Below, in pieces: positions 1 to 13,199 of a DNA stretch of 64,000 nt. The stretch is from the NCBI GenBank assembly GCA_950097015.1, contig CATNEN010000037.1:4464001-4528000 (forward strand), read 5' to 3'. The stretch is from Macrostomum hystrix. Its lineage: Eukaryota; Animalia; Platyhelminthes. The notes beneath the pieces are model-generated. The model had not been told where the DNA came from and ran no database searches. It saw only the letters and a program-made list of their open reading frames with translations. How positions within the stretch are numbered: the stretch's first letter is position 1; the number at the start of each line of letters is the position of its first letter. The translations under genes and the position numbers were made by a program.

Positions 1-890
1 ATCAGCTGATATTACCAGAACCAGAATATCAATCAGCTGATTTTACCAGAACCAGAATATCAATCAGCAGATTTTACCAGAACCGGAATATCAATCAGCT
101 GATTTTACCAGAACCGGAATATCAATCAGCTGATTTTACCAGAACCAGAATATCAATCAGCTGATATTACCAGAACCGGAATATCAATCAGCTGATTTTA
201 CCAGAACCAGAATATCAATCAGCTGATTTTACCAGAACCGGAATATTAATCAGCTGATTTTACCAGAACCAGAATATCAATCAGCTGATTTTACCAGAAC
301 CAGAATATCAATCAGCTGATTTTACCAGAACCGGAATATCAATCAGCTGATATTACCAGAACCAGAATATCAATCAGCTGATTTTACCAGAACCGGAATA
401 TCAATCAGCTGATATTACCAGAACCAGAATATCAATCAGCTGATTTTACCAGAACCAGAATATCAATCAGCTGATTTTACCAGAACCAGAATATCAATCA
501 GCAGATTTTACCAGAACCAGAATATCAATCAGCTGATTTTACCAGAACCGGAATATCAATCAGCTGATATTACCAGAACCAGAATATCAATCAGCTGATT
601 TTACCAGAACCGGAATATTAATCAGCTGATTTTACCAGAACCAGAATATCAATCAGCTGATTTTACCAGAACCAGAATATCAATCAGCAGATTTTACCAG
701 AACCAGAATATCAATCAGCTGATTTTACCAGAACCAGAATATCAATCAGCAGATTTTACCAGAACCGGAATATCAATCAACTGATTTTACCAGAACCGGA
801 ATATCAATCAGCTGATTTTACCAGAACCGGAATATCAATCAACTGATTTTACCAGAACCGGAATATCAATCAACTGATATTGCCAGCTGA
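1..890. repeat. 31-bp tandem minisatellite (ATCAGCTGATTTTACCAGAACCRGAATATCA), ~29 units, truncated by window start
   Basis: Direct reading; each unit carries the 10-bp palindrome ATCAGCTGAT. Confidence 0.95.
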
Positions 891-1759
891 ACTTAACATC
901 AATCAGCTGATTTTACCAGAACTTCAAAAGCCTCCAAAGCCTTAACATATCAGATGATCCCATGCGTGTGACAACTGAAAACTGACATTATTTTATTCTG
1001 CCGAGAAGCCGGAAGCGAAAGCACATGCCAACCGTGACACGGGGCTGGGGGGGCTGGCGACTCTGCAAGCAGGAAGTTAGACACAATGGGACAAGCGAGG
1101 AAAGTGGTATAAAGGAAAGATATTTCTCATGCCGCAGGGGTCAACTAGAACTAAAAATTGATATTCTTGGCATCCCTAAGTTAATTAAATGCGGCACTAC
1201 TGACCCTGGGCCGGCCCAGAATCACAAATTCCACTGTTTACTGCTGCATCATCTTTCACTCTGAGAGCCCCAGCATCCACCCCACCCCCACCCCACCCCA
1301 CACTCCGAGCAGCCATTTTTGGCGCTCAACGTCCAGCTGGTTAAGTGAGCAACGCTTTCTCAGATCCTGCCAGCTGTGAGCGGCCTTCTCACTCCCCTTT
1401 CCATTTATGCTCTTCCCGCCCCCCACCGCAGCTCTCCCGCCAAGAGATCTGGATTTTGGCTAAGGTGGAAGAAAAAAGCGGAAACTCACATGATTTGGAC
1501 ACTCTCGCTGCACTACGGCCCGATTTCATATTCTTGACTAATTCAATCTGGCTGCTCTGTGACAATTAAAAATCGATTTTTTTATCGTTGTTCCGATTTA
1601 TCTTTTGATGCCAATTTAGCACCGTAGGCACCTAGGCAACTCTTTCTGTTATTTTCTACCCTCTGCCAAGTTTACCCGACCGAAAATATTCTCTTACTCT
1701 AAATTTCAGCTGTCTGCCAATTCCAAAGCCTGCCTCAATCTTCTCAATCTGCCTTTTGC

Positions 1760-3050
1760 TTTTACTCTCCCCTCGGCCCTTCTCTCCCCTCCACCCTTCT
1801 CTCCCCTCCACCCTTCTCTCCCCTCGGCCCTTCTCTCCCCTCGACCCTTCTCTCCCCTCTAACCTTCTCTCCCCTCGACCCTTCTCTCCCCTCAACCCTT
1901 CTCTCCCCTCAACCATTCTCTCCCCTCCACCCTTCTCTCCCCTCCACCCTTCTCTCCCCTCGGCCCTTCTCTCCCCTCGACCCTTCTCTCCCCTCTAACC
2001 TTCTCTCCCCTCGACCCTTCTCTCCCCTCAACCATTCTCTCCCCTCCACTCTTCTCTCCCCTCCACCCTTCTCTCCCGTCTACCCTTCTCTCCCCTCTAC
2101 CCTTCTCTCCCCTTGGCCCTTCTCTACCCCTACCCTTCTCTCCCCTCTACCCTTCTCGCCCCTTGGCCCTTCTCTACCCTCTACCCTTCTTTACCCTTCT
2201 CTCCTCTCTACCCTTCTCTCCCCTCTACCCATCTCTCCCATTGACCCTTCTCTACCCACTACCCTTCTCTCCTCTCTACCCTTCTCTCCCATCCACCCTT
2301 TCTCCTCTCTACCCTTCTCTCCCCTCGACCCTTCTCTCCCCTCTAACCTTCTCTCCCCTCGACCCTTCTCTCCCCTCAACCATTCTCTCCCCTCCACTCT
2401 TCTCTCCCCTCCACCCTTCTCTCCCGTCTACCCTTCTCTCCCCTCTACCCTTCTCTCCCCTTGGCCCTTCTCTACCCCTACCCTTCTCTCCCCTCTACCC
2501 TTCTCGCCCCTTGGCCCTTCTCTACCCTCTACCCTTCTTTACCCTTCTCTCCTCTCTACCCTTCTCTCCCCTCTACCCATCTCTCCCATTGACCCTTCTC
2601 TACCCACTACCCTTCTCTCCTCTCTACCCTTCTCTCCCATCCACCCTTTCTCCTCTCTACCCTTCTCTCCCCTCGACCCTTCTCTCCCCTCTAACCTTCT
2701 CTCCCCTCGACCCTTCTCTCCCCTCAACCATTCTCTCCCCTCCACTCTTCTCTCCCCTCCACCCTTCTCTCCCGTCTACCCTTCTCTCCCCTCTACCCTT
2801 CTCTCCCCTTGGCCCTTCTCTACCCCTACCCTTCTCTCCCCTCTACCCTTCTCGCCCCTTGGCCCTTCTCTACCCTCTACCCTTCTTTACCCTTCTCTCC
2901 TCTCTACCCTTCTCTCCCCTCTACCCATCTCTCCCATTGACCCTTCTCTACCCACTACCCTTCTCTCCTCTCTACCCTTCTCTCCCATCCACCCTTTCTC
3001 CTCTCTACCCTTCTCTACCCTCGAACCTCTACCTTCTACCTCCTACCCTT
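1760..3050. repeat. Pyrimidine-rich (CCCTTCTCTCCCCT-type, ~18-19 bp) minisatellite with a 348-bp higher-order period
   Basis: Direct reading; identical artefact ORFs at 2191..2397 and 2539..2745 give the 348-bp offset. Confidence 0.9.
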
Positions 3051-4170
3051 GAAAGAAAGTGCTAATTAAAATAACTTATCATATTTTCGAAAACAGTTCT
3101 ACATTAGACATGATTCTGCGGCATTCTGAACAAACTACCGACACCCGGGTTCGGAAGGGTGTGCAGCTCCCGTCAGCGCATCGGCTGCAGCTGAATGTGG
3201 GATCACGGCATCACGGGGCAACAGCTTGAGGCGGGATAGAGGAAGGCCACTAAAAAAGGGAATTGGCTCGCTTTCTTGGCTCACCTAGCCCTGCCTACCA
3301 GCGAGGCTTCTTCCCAAAACAGCGCCAGGTATTCTTCCTCTTCTTCTTCTTCTCAATCCTTGGCGCGAGTTGAGTAGAGATGGGAAGGCAATTGGGGATC
3401 TTGGGATTCTAAAGGGATGAAAGGTGGCGAGAGTAGTGGGGTGAGGAGTGGTGTGTGGGGGGGAGGTGCGCAGCATCGATTCCGCAGGTCGGCATATTTC
3501 TCTATCCAGCATTTTTTTCTCTTCTTTCACAGCAGACTTTGGGGCGGATAGCAGGTCCGGCCGACAAAGCTGTGTGGGGGGGTGGGGCGGCTGCACTGCC
3601 ATAGAGTGAGTGAGGGAGTGCAGGATAGGCGTGAAGCGAGTAATGCATAGTCAGGGGCTGCTGCAGGGTGTTCGCTAAGTTGCGAATGCGTTAAATAATG
3701 CAAAAATAGACTATTTATTTTTCTGATGAGAATTATTAAAAAAACCCTCCCGGGTTGCGGTGTCTAAAGATTTCTTAATCAGACATTTTCTTACTTTCTG
3801 TCATACTTGAAAATGAAGAACACCTTGCTGGCTGCTGGCGGGAGTGCGGGAGTAAAACTGAAATTGGGAAATGGATGAGTCATTGGATAAATGTGTGAGG
3901 CTGAGTGAGCGCGGGTGAAATGATGACTTTTTATTTTATTTCTTGAATGAATTTGCATAACTAGATGGCAACAGTCAATGTTCCTTTGATAACATTCGGT
4001 GTTTGAGTGAGATTGTAGCGAAGGCGGGCTGAGCAGTGTGCTCGAAGAATGTGCTGCATACGACTCCGCATTGGAACTGTAGCTGCTGGGCTGCTCGAAT
4101 ACACCAAACTCATTTTCACCTTTCCGCTGTTGTTGACTGCGTGAACAACAGTGTTTAATCTGTCAAGATC

Positions 4171-4440
4171 CATCTATCTCATTCAGATCCATCTATCTCA
4201 TTCAGATCCATCTATCTCATCTAGATCTATATATCTCATCTAGATCCATCTATCTCATTCAGATCCATCTATCTCATTCAGATCCATCTATCTCATTCAG
4301 ATCCATCTATCTCATCTAGATCCATCTATCTCATTCAGATCCATCTATCTCATCTAGATCCATCTATCTCATTCAGATCCATCTATCTCATCTAGATCCA
4401 TCTATCTCATCTAGATCCATCTATTTCTTCCAGATCCATC
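4171..4440. repeat. 19-bp tandem repeat (TCCATCTATCTCATTCAGA)
   Basis: Direct reading. Confidence 0.9.
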
Positions 4441-4652
4441 TTATCTATCCATCTATGATCTATCTAGCGGTAACACACTTAGATCCTTAAGCTGGATTTC
4501 GAATGCATGAGCACGCTAATTCCGAGTCGGTTCGCACTTTCATAATTGAGATATCCTTTAGTATGCTAGAACTACTGATGACTCATTCGAAACTTTGGAA
4601 TCATCTACCTATCTGCACATCTGTTCATCTGTCTATTGCCTGCCGCTGACAG

Positions 4653-7600
4653 GTCCAAGGCCTTAATCCGAGATGCAATCAACAACAATCAGCTACTCCA
4701 GCGTATGGAACCGGAGCAGGTGGAGCAGTTGGTGGCCTGCATGTACTCCAGGACTGTGCCGCCCGGATGTCACGTGATTAGACAAGGAGAGGCAGGGCAG
4801 CATCTGTACGTGTGCTCCGGTGAGTTGGGCTGAACTGACACCTGAACTGACACTCGAACTGACACCCGAACTGACACCTGAACTGACACTTAACCTGGCA
4901 CCCGAACTGACACCCGAACTGAAACCAGAACTGACACCCGAACTGACACACGAACTAAAACCCGAATTGACGTTCGAACTGACACCCGAACTGACACTTG
5001 AACTGACACTTAAACTGACACCCGAACTGACACCCGAACTAAAACCCGAACTGACACCCGAACTGACTCTTGAACTGACACTTAAACTGACACCCGAACT
5101 AAAACCCGAACTGACACCCGAACTGACACTTGAACTGACACTTAAACTGACACCCGAACTAAAACCCGAACTGACACCCGAACTGACACTTGAACTGACA
5201 CTTAAACTGACACCCGAACTGACGTCCAAACTGACACCCGAACTAAAACCCGAACTGACACCCGAACTGACGTCCAAACTGACACCCGAACTGACACCCA
5301 GAGGGCGAGCTGGAGGTGACACAGGAGAACCGCAGTCTGGGCAGCGTTCGCCGCGGCGTGGCCTTCGGCGAGCTGGCGCTGCTGTACAACTGCACCCGCA
5401 CAGCCTCAGTGCGCGGTGAGTGCGCCGACTATTTTGCTTTCACAGACTAACGGACTTCACTAGCGTTACGTGAAAAGTAACGAATTTCGTTAGCGTTAGT
5501 TGTAAAAAATAATTATACTTGTTCTGCTCTCTACTCGTTACTGACTCCTGAGCACACACGCACACAGATACTGTACGCAGGCTCTCGCTCACACAGGTGT
5601 GTACATCTGCCCTGACTTTCTCATCGTCAAGCAGTGTGCACTTTCATTGTACCTTTTAGGTTGGCCCCCAAGCCTTCTCTCCGCGGCTGCGCCTTAAATT
5701 AACGTGGCCTCGCCGCGAAATCGAGCTCAGGGACCTTGGCGCCAGAGGCAAACGCGTTAACCCCCTAAGCCTGCAGTTACTTTGATATCCTCTCAGTAAC
5801 TGATCTTGGGATTATAATTGAGACACGTCGAAGCAGAAACCAGGCGGCGGGATCTGGGATTCATTTGCTATCCAGCCTCTGCAAACAGTCGGGGCGCATT
5901 TTTATTTGGTTTGCAATTCCGCCAGCTAACTCTCTGCCAAGTAGATTTAGATCGCGAACGAACTAGAGAGAGAGACTGGAACAGCATTTGCCGCCTTTTT
6001 CTGTTCAAATCCAATTAAAAGACGAGAAGCGATGCTTAGTAGGAGTGAGAGTCGAGATCTTATTGCACTTTTTTGTTGACTTTTGGTTGACTTTTATTGC
6101 AAAAAAACATTTTTGGCTTACTATTCGCTTACTTAGCTACTTAATAAAACAGGAAGTAGAGTGGTGGGAAAAATTCCGCTAAATTTAATTGACACCGAAA
6201 ATTACATTCGCAGCCGTGACATCGGCCAAGCTGTGGTGCCTGGATAGGACAGTGTTCCAGGCCATCATGATGAAATCGGGCCTGGAGAAGCAGAGCGGCT
6301 ATGTCGCTTTCCTCAGCAGGTGAAAACCTTAATTGCTCACCACAATTCATCTTGGTTCTCAATTAAAAAATCTAGGTCATTCTTTGATTATCTAGTACTA
6401 ACTAATAGTCATAAAATCCACCCTTGTTCTGCAAGTGTCCCTCTGCTGAAGGATCTGCCGTTGTCAAAGTTAAGCAGAATTGCTGACGCAATCGAAGAGG
6501 TGAGCTGGTAGTTACCTGTTGACTCGGAGTGCAATAAAATGAAGAAAAAAACTTCAACGCAATCGGATTGGTTTGCAGGACTCCTTCGACCCAGAAACCT
6601 ACATAGTGCGCGAGGGAGAGCACGGGAGTACATTCTTCATCATCAAAGAGGGAACCGTAAGTGTCAGCTTATCAGCTTATCACCGTTCGTATTTGTTATT
6701 TTCCGACAATTGCTCCGGCACGCAGGTGCGCGTGACCCGCCGAGTTCAAGGCACATCGCAGCTGATTCGCACTCTGCAAGCCGGCGACTGCTTCGGAGAG
6801 AGAGCCCTGCTGCAGTGAGCTGGGGGAGGGGAGAGGAAAAGGAGAGAGAGGGAGAGCGGGGGGAGAGGAGAGCGGAGAGGAGAGGAGAGCAGAGGGGAGA
6901 GGAGAGCAGGGGGAGAGGAGAGCGGATGGGAGAGGAGAGCGGAGGGGAGAGAAGAGTAAAGGGGAGAGGAGAGTGGAGGGGAGAGGAGAGCGGAGGAGAG
7001 GAGAGCTGAGGGAAGAGGGGAGCGGAGGGGAGTGGAGAGCAGGGGGAGAGGAGAGCAGGGGGAGAGGAGAGCAGGGGGAGAGGAGAGCAGGGGGAGAGGA
7101 GAGCAGGGGGGAGGAGAGCGGAGGGGAGAGAAGAGTAAAGGGGAGAGGAGAGTGGAGGGGAGAGGAGAGTGGAGGGGAGAGGAGAGCCGAGGAGAGAAGG
7201 AGTGGGAAGGGTAAAATGACAAAGGGGGGAAGGAGGGGAGGATGAAGATGAGGATGAGAAAAGGATTCACAACCAACCCCGTTGCGTCACTGTAGAGAGG
7301 AGCGGCGAACCGCAAGCTGCGTAGCCGAGACTCGAGTTCACGTGCTCACACTGGACAGAATGTGAGTCAGTGCAGAATTTATTTAGAATATCACATTGCT
7401 GCTTGGCATTAGCGACACTCTCTCACTCACGAACCAATCAGCTCCTTCATCCATCTGATTGGCGACCTGACCGAGTTCCGGCAGAAGGCGGCCGAGGAGG
7501 ACCGCCAGGGCGTAGCCGGCGCTGTTGGCAACCGACTAGCGCCGGAGGACCGGCAGAGCAGCAGCTGCAGGTGAGTTCATGAGTGAGTTCATGAGTGAGT

Positions 7601-8884
7601 TCATGAGTAAGTTCATGAGTGAGTTCATGAGTGAGTTCATGAGTGAGTTCATGAGTAAGTTCATGAGTGAGTTCACGAGTGAGTTCATGAGTGAGTTCAT
7701 GAGTGAGTTCATGAGTGAGTTCATGAGTGAGTTCATGAGTGAGTTCACGAGTGAGTTCATGAGTGAGTTCATGAGTGAGTTCATGAGTGAGTTCACGAGT
7801 GAGTTCATGAGTGAGTTCATGAGTGAGTTCATGAGTGAGTTCACGAGTGAGTTCATGAGTGAGTTCATGAGTGAGTTCATGAGTGAGTTCACGAGTGAGT
7901 TCATGAGTGAGTTCATGAGTGAGTTCATGAGTGAGTTCATGAGTGAGTTCATGAGTGAGTTCATGAGTGATTTATACTGACTCATCCTGTCTGTTCCAGC
8001 GCCACACCCACAAAGCAGATATCAGTGAATGATGCATTCAGCAAGATTGAGCTCGGTGACCTGGTCTTCGAGTCCACACTGGGCATTGGCGGATTTGGAC
8101 GGGTCGAGTTGGTGAGTAGGATTTTATAATTCCATGATAATATCCCATGAGGATCTCATGGACATCACACCAGAATCTCAGGGAGATCACACCAGAATCT
8201 CAGGGAGATCACACCAGAATCTCAGGGAGATCACACCAGAATCTCAGGGAGATCACACCAGAATCTCAGGGAGATCACACCAGAATCTCAGGGAGATCAC
8301 AGGAAGATCTCATAGAGATCACAGGAAGATCTCATAGAGATCACGGGAAAATCTCCTAGAGATCACAGGAAGATCTCATAGGGATTAAAAGGGGTATCAT
8401 TTTAAACACGACGCCAACCTTCAGGTGTCATGGAAGAAGAACCCGGAGCTGACCTTCGCGCTGAAGTGCCTGAAGAAGCAGCACATTGTGCGCACTAAGC
8501 AGCAGGACCACATCCTGTCTGAGAAGACCATTTTATTCAACGCCCGCTCCAATTTTATCTGCAGGTGAGGCCTAAGGGCGTTTGTGTTGATGATGGACAG
8601 AAATGACTCAAAACCAGAGGCTGCGTACAATTAATTATACAGTCCATGGACTGGAGGCACCACACTCACCAAAATGTCTACCCTAGTTACTGCAGTCATC
8701 CAATCAGAACCTTTATTAACCAAAACAATTGCAGACTATACAAAACCTTCAAGGACACCAAGTTTGTCTACATGCTGATGGAAGTCTGCCTTGGCGGCGA
8801 AGTGTGGACAGTGCTGAGGAATGTGTAAGCGTAGATTGACAGATAGATTGAATAATCAATAGGTTGATAGGTTGATATGCAGAG

Positions 8885-8918
<34 letters not shown>

Positions 8919-11233
8919 GATTGACAAATTCACAGATTGATGGACAGAGGGATGGATACACTGAATTATAAATGGACCTTTATATTTACTTGCCTACTCA
9001 ATTAATCCGTGGACAGATGCAGCCATTCAAAATAAATAAGTATATTGATAGATTGATGCATTTTTCATGTTCTTCGTTTCACTCATTACTGTTTACTATT
9101 CATAGCGGCAGCTTCGACGAGAACACGTCTCGCTTCGTTGTCGCCTGCGTACTGGAGGCCTTTCAGCATCTGCACGATCGGGGCATCATCTTCCGCGATC
9201 TGAAGCCGGAGAATCTTCTGCTGGATCATCAGGGCTACGTTAAACTGGTTGGGAGCCTCTGCTGATTGGGAGTTTAGTTTAACAGTAGAAAGAACACGCT
9301 ATTCCACGGGGGATATTTCAAATTACCACTTGCCTACGTTGTTTCATCGGGTAAATATTTTGAGATACGAGTACAGAAAAAATGTGGGTATTTGAATTAT
9401 CCCCAAGTGGTCTTTCCATGCCGTTAATCGGCGCCTTGAGTCTTTAGTTACACCTGAAACTGTCCGATGTGTAAGTTCCGATTGATTGTCCCCTGTTCCC
9501 TCATGGGGATTGGCCCTAAAGGTCTGTCCTGTGCTCGACACTGCTCGACTCAGCAGGTGGGGCAGGTGAGCAGGAGAATGTGAACTGAGCACCGTCTGTC
9601 CCTCACCCGCAGTGCGACTTCGGCTTCGCGAAGGCCATCGGACCCGGCAAGAAGACCTGGACCTTCTGCGGCACTCCGGAGTATGTCAGCCCTGAGGTCA
9701 TACTCAACAAGGGCCACAGCTTCCCTACCGACATCTGGCAGATTGGCATCCTGCTGTTCGAGCTGCTCACTGGCAGGTGAGAGGATTGAAACTGTAGACA
9801 AATAGAGGCTCACCGAATCCAGAGTGTGTCGCTTCATTAAAAAAGGTAACGAACCCACTGAAAAACAACCCAAAGTGACTTGACAATCACACGCAACAGA
9901 ACCATAACACCACCACAATGTAACCTCATCGTAACAACTAGTGCAACCCCACTCCGGCACCCATTCCGGAACAACCCCACTCCTGCACAACCCACTCTGG
10001 CACAAACCTACTCCTGCACAACCCACTCTGGCACAACCTCACTCTGGCACAACCCCACTCCTGTACAACCCCACTCCGGCACAACCCCATTCTGGCACAA
10101 ACCCACTCCTGCACAACCCCACTCCGGCACAACCTCACTCTGGCACAACCCCACTCCTGTACAACCCCACTCCGGCACAACCCCACTGCCCACTCCTGCA
10201 CAACCTCACTCCGGCACAACCCCACTGCCCACTCCTGCACAAGCTCACTCCGGCACAACCTCACTCCGGCACAACCCCACTGCCCACTCCTGTACAACCC
10301 CACTCCGGCACAACCCCACTGCCCACTCCTGCACAACCTCACTCCGGCACAACCCCACTGCCCACTCCTGCACAACCCCACTCCGGCACAACCCCACTGC
10401 CCACTCCTGCACAACCTCACTCCGGCACAACCCCACTGCCCACTCCTGCACAACCTCACTCCGGCACAACCCCACTGCCCACTCCTGCACAACCTCACTC
10501 CGGCACAACCCCACTGCCCACTCCTGCACAACCTCACTCCGGCACGACCCCACTGCCCACTCCTGCACAACCTCACTCCGGCACGACCCCACTCCGGCAC
10601 AAGCCCACTCCAGCACAACCCCATGTCAACACGACCAAACTCCGACGCAACCCCACTGCAGTACGACCCCACTCAAGCACAACCCACCCATTCGTCGCAC
10701 AGCCCGCCGTTCACAGCGCCGGACTCGATGAAGATCTACGGCGCCATCCTGCGCGGCATCGGCGCCATTGAGTTCCCGCCCGTGGTTAGCAAAAGCGCCC
10801 GCGCCCTCATCAAGCGCCTGTGCAAGGAGTCGCCGTCCGAACGACTCGGTAGCGGCAGCGGCGGCATAGCTGATGTCCGGAAGCACAAGTGGTTCCAAGG
10901 CTTCGACTGGGCCGGACTTCGACGAATGTCAATTGTGCCACCAATACGACCCAAGGTTTGACCCTATTTGAATCGCATAACTACAAATTAGTGGCTGCAA
11001 ATCTGGCTTAACTTGCCTAAGTGCCATTTAATCTATCTATCAACGTGGGATGAGGTGGGTAGCCGACAGCCAATGAGAATGAAGTAAGCAAAAAGGGAAG
11101 AAATTCACTACTTATCACACAAACACACATCCCGCAGATCCGAGGCCCCAACGACTCGTCAAACTTCGACAAGTTCGAGCCGAGGGTCAGCGTTCCCTCC
11201 GACGAGATGTCCGGATGGGACAATGACTTCTAA
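4653..11233 (+). CDS. prkg: cGMP-dependent protein kinase (PKG; PRKG1/foraging/egl-4 family), 5' part not located
   Basis: Exons 4653-4819, 5302-5415, 6214-6319, 6436-6499, 6579-6656, 6726-6814, 7296-7361, 7442-7570, 8000-8111, 8425-8564, 8735-8824, 9106-9247, 9613-9776, 10703-10955, 11138-11233 all have GT-AG borders and splice in frame (~602 aa). Two cNMP-binding domains ([16 protein letters not shown]; [16 protein letters not shown]), kinase motifs ([44 protein letters not shown]) and the PKG C-terminus ([10 protein letters not shown]). The N-terminal leucine-zipper/autoinhibitory exon(s) were not identified. Confidence 0.95.
4830..5301 (+). repeat. 12-bp tandem repeat (GAACTGACACCC) filling a PKG intron up to the 3' splice site
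   Basis: Direct reading; the last unit ends ...CTGACACCCAG and the exon resumes at 5302. Confidence 0.95.
5560..5770 (-). mobile_element. tRNA-derived SINE-like element, family B, in PKG intron
   Basis: Reverse complement aligns by eye with 43245-43520 (shared CCAAGGTCCCTGAG, GCCGCGGAGAGAAGGCTTGGGGGC, GACGATGAGAAAGTCAGGGCAGATGT) and has a B-box-like segment. Confidence 0.75.
6830..7250. repeat. Purine-rich (GGAGAGGAGAGC...) intronic repeat
   Basis: Direct reading; complement-like to the 1760-3050 array. Confidence 0.9.
7571..7970 (+). repeat. 12-bp tandem repeat (GTGAGTTCATGA) starting exactly at a PKG 5' splice site, ~33 units
   Basis: Exon ends ...CTGCAG at 7570; the intron begins GTGAGTTCAT and this unit is reiterated to ~7970. 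Confidence 0.95.
8160..8380. repeat. 23-bp intronic tandem repeat (CACACCAGAATCTCAGGGAGAT-like)
   Basis: Direct reading. Confidence 0.9.
9950..10670. repeat. Intronic compound minisatellite (GCACAACCCCACTCC/GCACAACCTCACTCCG)
   Basis: Direct reading; source of several artefact ORFs. Confidence 0.9.
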
Positions 11234-11769
11234 TGTCAATCAACTGATAAATTGGTCTGACTAAAACAATATTGCTATACATAACACGAGCTTTATTTAC
11301 TAAGGACAAATTACTAAAGTACGCAGCGTACAATGCCACAAATCAAAGTTTAATGTAGTCACGCTTAAAAAACATTGTTAACGGTTTGTTTCTAGGCTAA
11401 GAACACAGTCGATTTGTCTCGGCTTTTCAAGGATCAGGCTTGAGACTACAGACGCAGTCATATCAGTTCTGGAACTACAATAAAAATATACGAGTATATT
11501 CCAATAAATGTTGATAAAAACCGCGAAAATTTTTTCGTTGACATTCTTAAGTATGATCCCTTAAAGTCAGCTTTCTAATCATCTATTCCACTTCAAACTC
11601 GGCCGGGAAATTCATTGGGTAAATTGGATAACAGAGAGTAGAAAGATGGAAATTCTCGACGCAGAAATTTCGACGGTTAGCAGGGAATTTCGAAACCGAA
11701 GAAAAACTTTTGTGTGAGAGGCAGGAAATCTCTCTGGGAAATATCAAAGGGGTATCTAATGGGGAAATC

Positions 11770-12260
11770 CTACAGAACTCCTCAAATACTTCAGGATTCC
11801 CCAAAAACATCGAGATTCGCAAAATTCTTTGGGATTTCCCAAATCCTTCGGGATTCCTCAAATACTACAGGATTCCCCAAATCCTTCAGGATTCCTCAAA
11901 TACTACAGGATTCCCCAATCCTTTGGGATTCCCTAAATCCTTCGGGATTCCCGAAATCCTTCAGGATTCCTCAAATACTACAGGATTCCCCAAATCCTTT
12001 GGGATTCCCTAAATACTTCGGGATTCCCGAAATCCTTCAGAATTCCTCAAATACTTCAGGATTCCCCAAATCCTTCGGGATTCCCGAAACCCTTTAGGAT
12101 TCCTCAAATCCTTCAGGATTCCTCAAATACTACAGGATTCCCCAAATCCTTTGGGATTCCCTAAATACTTCGGGATTCCCGAAATCCTTTGGGATTCCCT
12201 AAATACTTCGGGATTCCCCGAATACTTCGAGAATTGTCAACTACTTTAGAACTCCCCTAA
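11770..12260. repeat. ~19-bp degenerate tandem repeat (GGATTCCCCAAATCCTTC...) 3' of PKG
   Basis: Direct reading. Confidence 0.85.
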
Positions 12261-13199
12261 GTTCTTCAGGATTCCGCAAATTACTGGGAAATCCTACTGG
12301 GAAATCCATCGGGTATACTTCAGTATCTCGATAAAATTATTACTGACCGCAAAACAGACCCAAAGCAGTCACAGTTTTCTGCGCGGTGTAAGCTGTTCGC
12401 GCAAGAGGCGCGCACATTAAGAAAAGTTAGTTTGATTATGGTTTTTTATTTTGTCTAACGTCTTACTTATAGTAGTATAATAGTAGTGATGAGACCATCG
12501 GTATTAGTAGTAATTTTCAGTAGCAGCAAATAAAATCTTGCCTATCAAGCAAGCGGAGAATGATAATTATGAAATCAAACAAACAGGCACAGGTAAAAAA
12601 TGTGACAAATCGGGTACAGAATAAAATCGAGAGCACGATAAAGAACGTTATGCCAGACTGTCAACAATAAATTTAAACAATTTAAAGAAACACACTAGTA
12701 GGCCTGATATACAACAGCCAGGACAGATATAATAATAATTACATCTATACATAAGAACATTTTTGCAGTGTAGATTAATCTTCCGACTATACAAAATTAG
12801 AAAGTAAAAAAACAACAGAAGGCAGATCACAGGACCCGGAACTGGCAGTAAAGACTGCTTAGATGCGCAGGTTTGGGGGACCATAGTCTATTATGGCCTC
12901 AGTTCCGGTGAATGGAAACGCACTGACAAGACGGACAAATACAGGGCTAGAGAGCTAGCTATATGCTGAATAATTTATTAATGCAAATTAGAAAATGTAC
13001 TTTAGAATGCGCAAACACTGTGAATTGATGAACAAGTTTACCTGGTGCAATCAATGAAAGAGGCATGGAGATTTCAACCGAGGAAATCAAAGACGTTAGG
13101 ATGGGACAAGCGGAAGTTCAGGTATGTCAGCTTGCAGGGGGTATCAACAAACAGGGTGTCAAAAGTGACGTCTTAGAAGCAGTTGCAGTTGCATTAAGG

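Noticed and set aside
1656-3065. Long Pro/Ser/Leu and Gly/Glu/Arg ORFs
   Set aside because: Translations of CT/GA-rich minisatellite with no splice or domain support.
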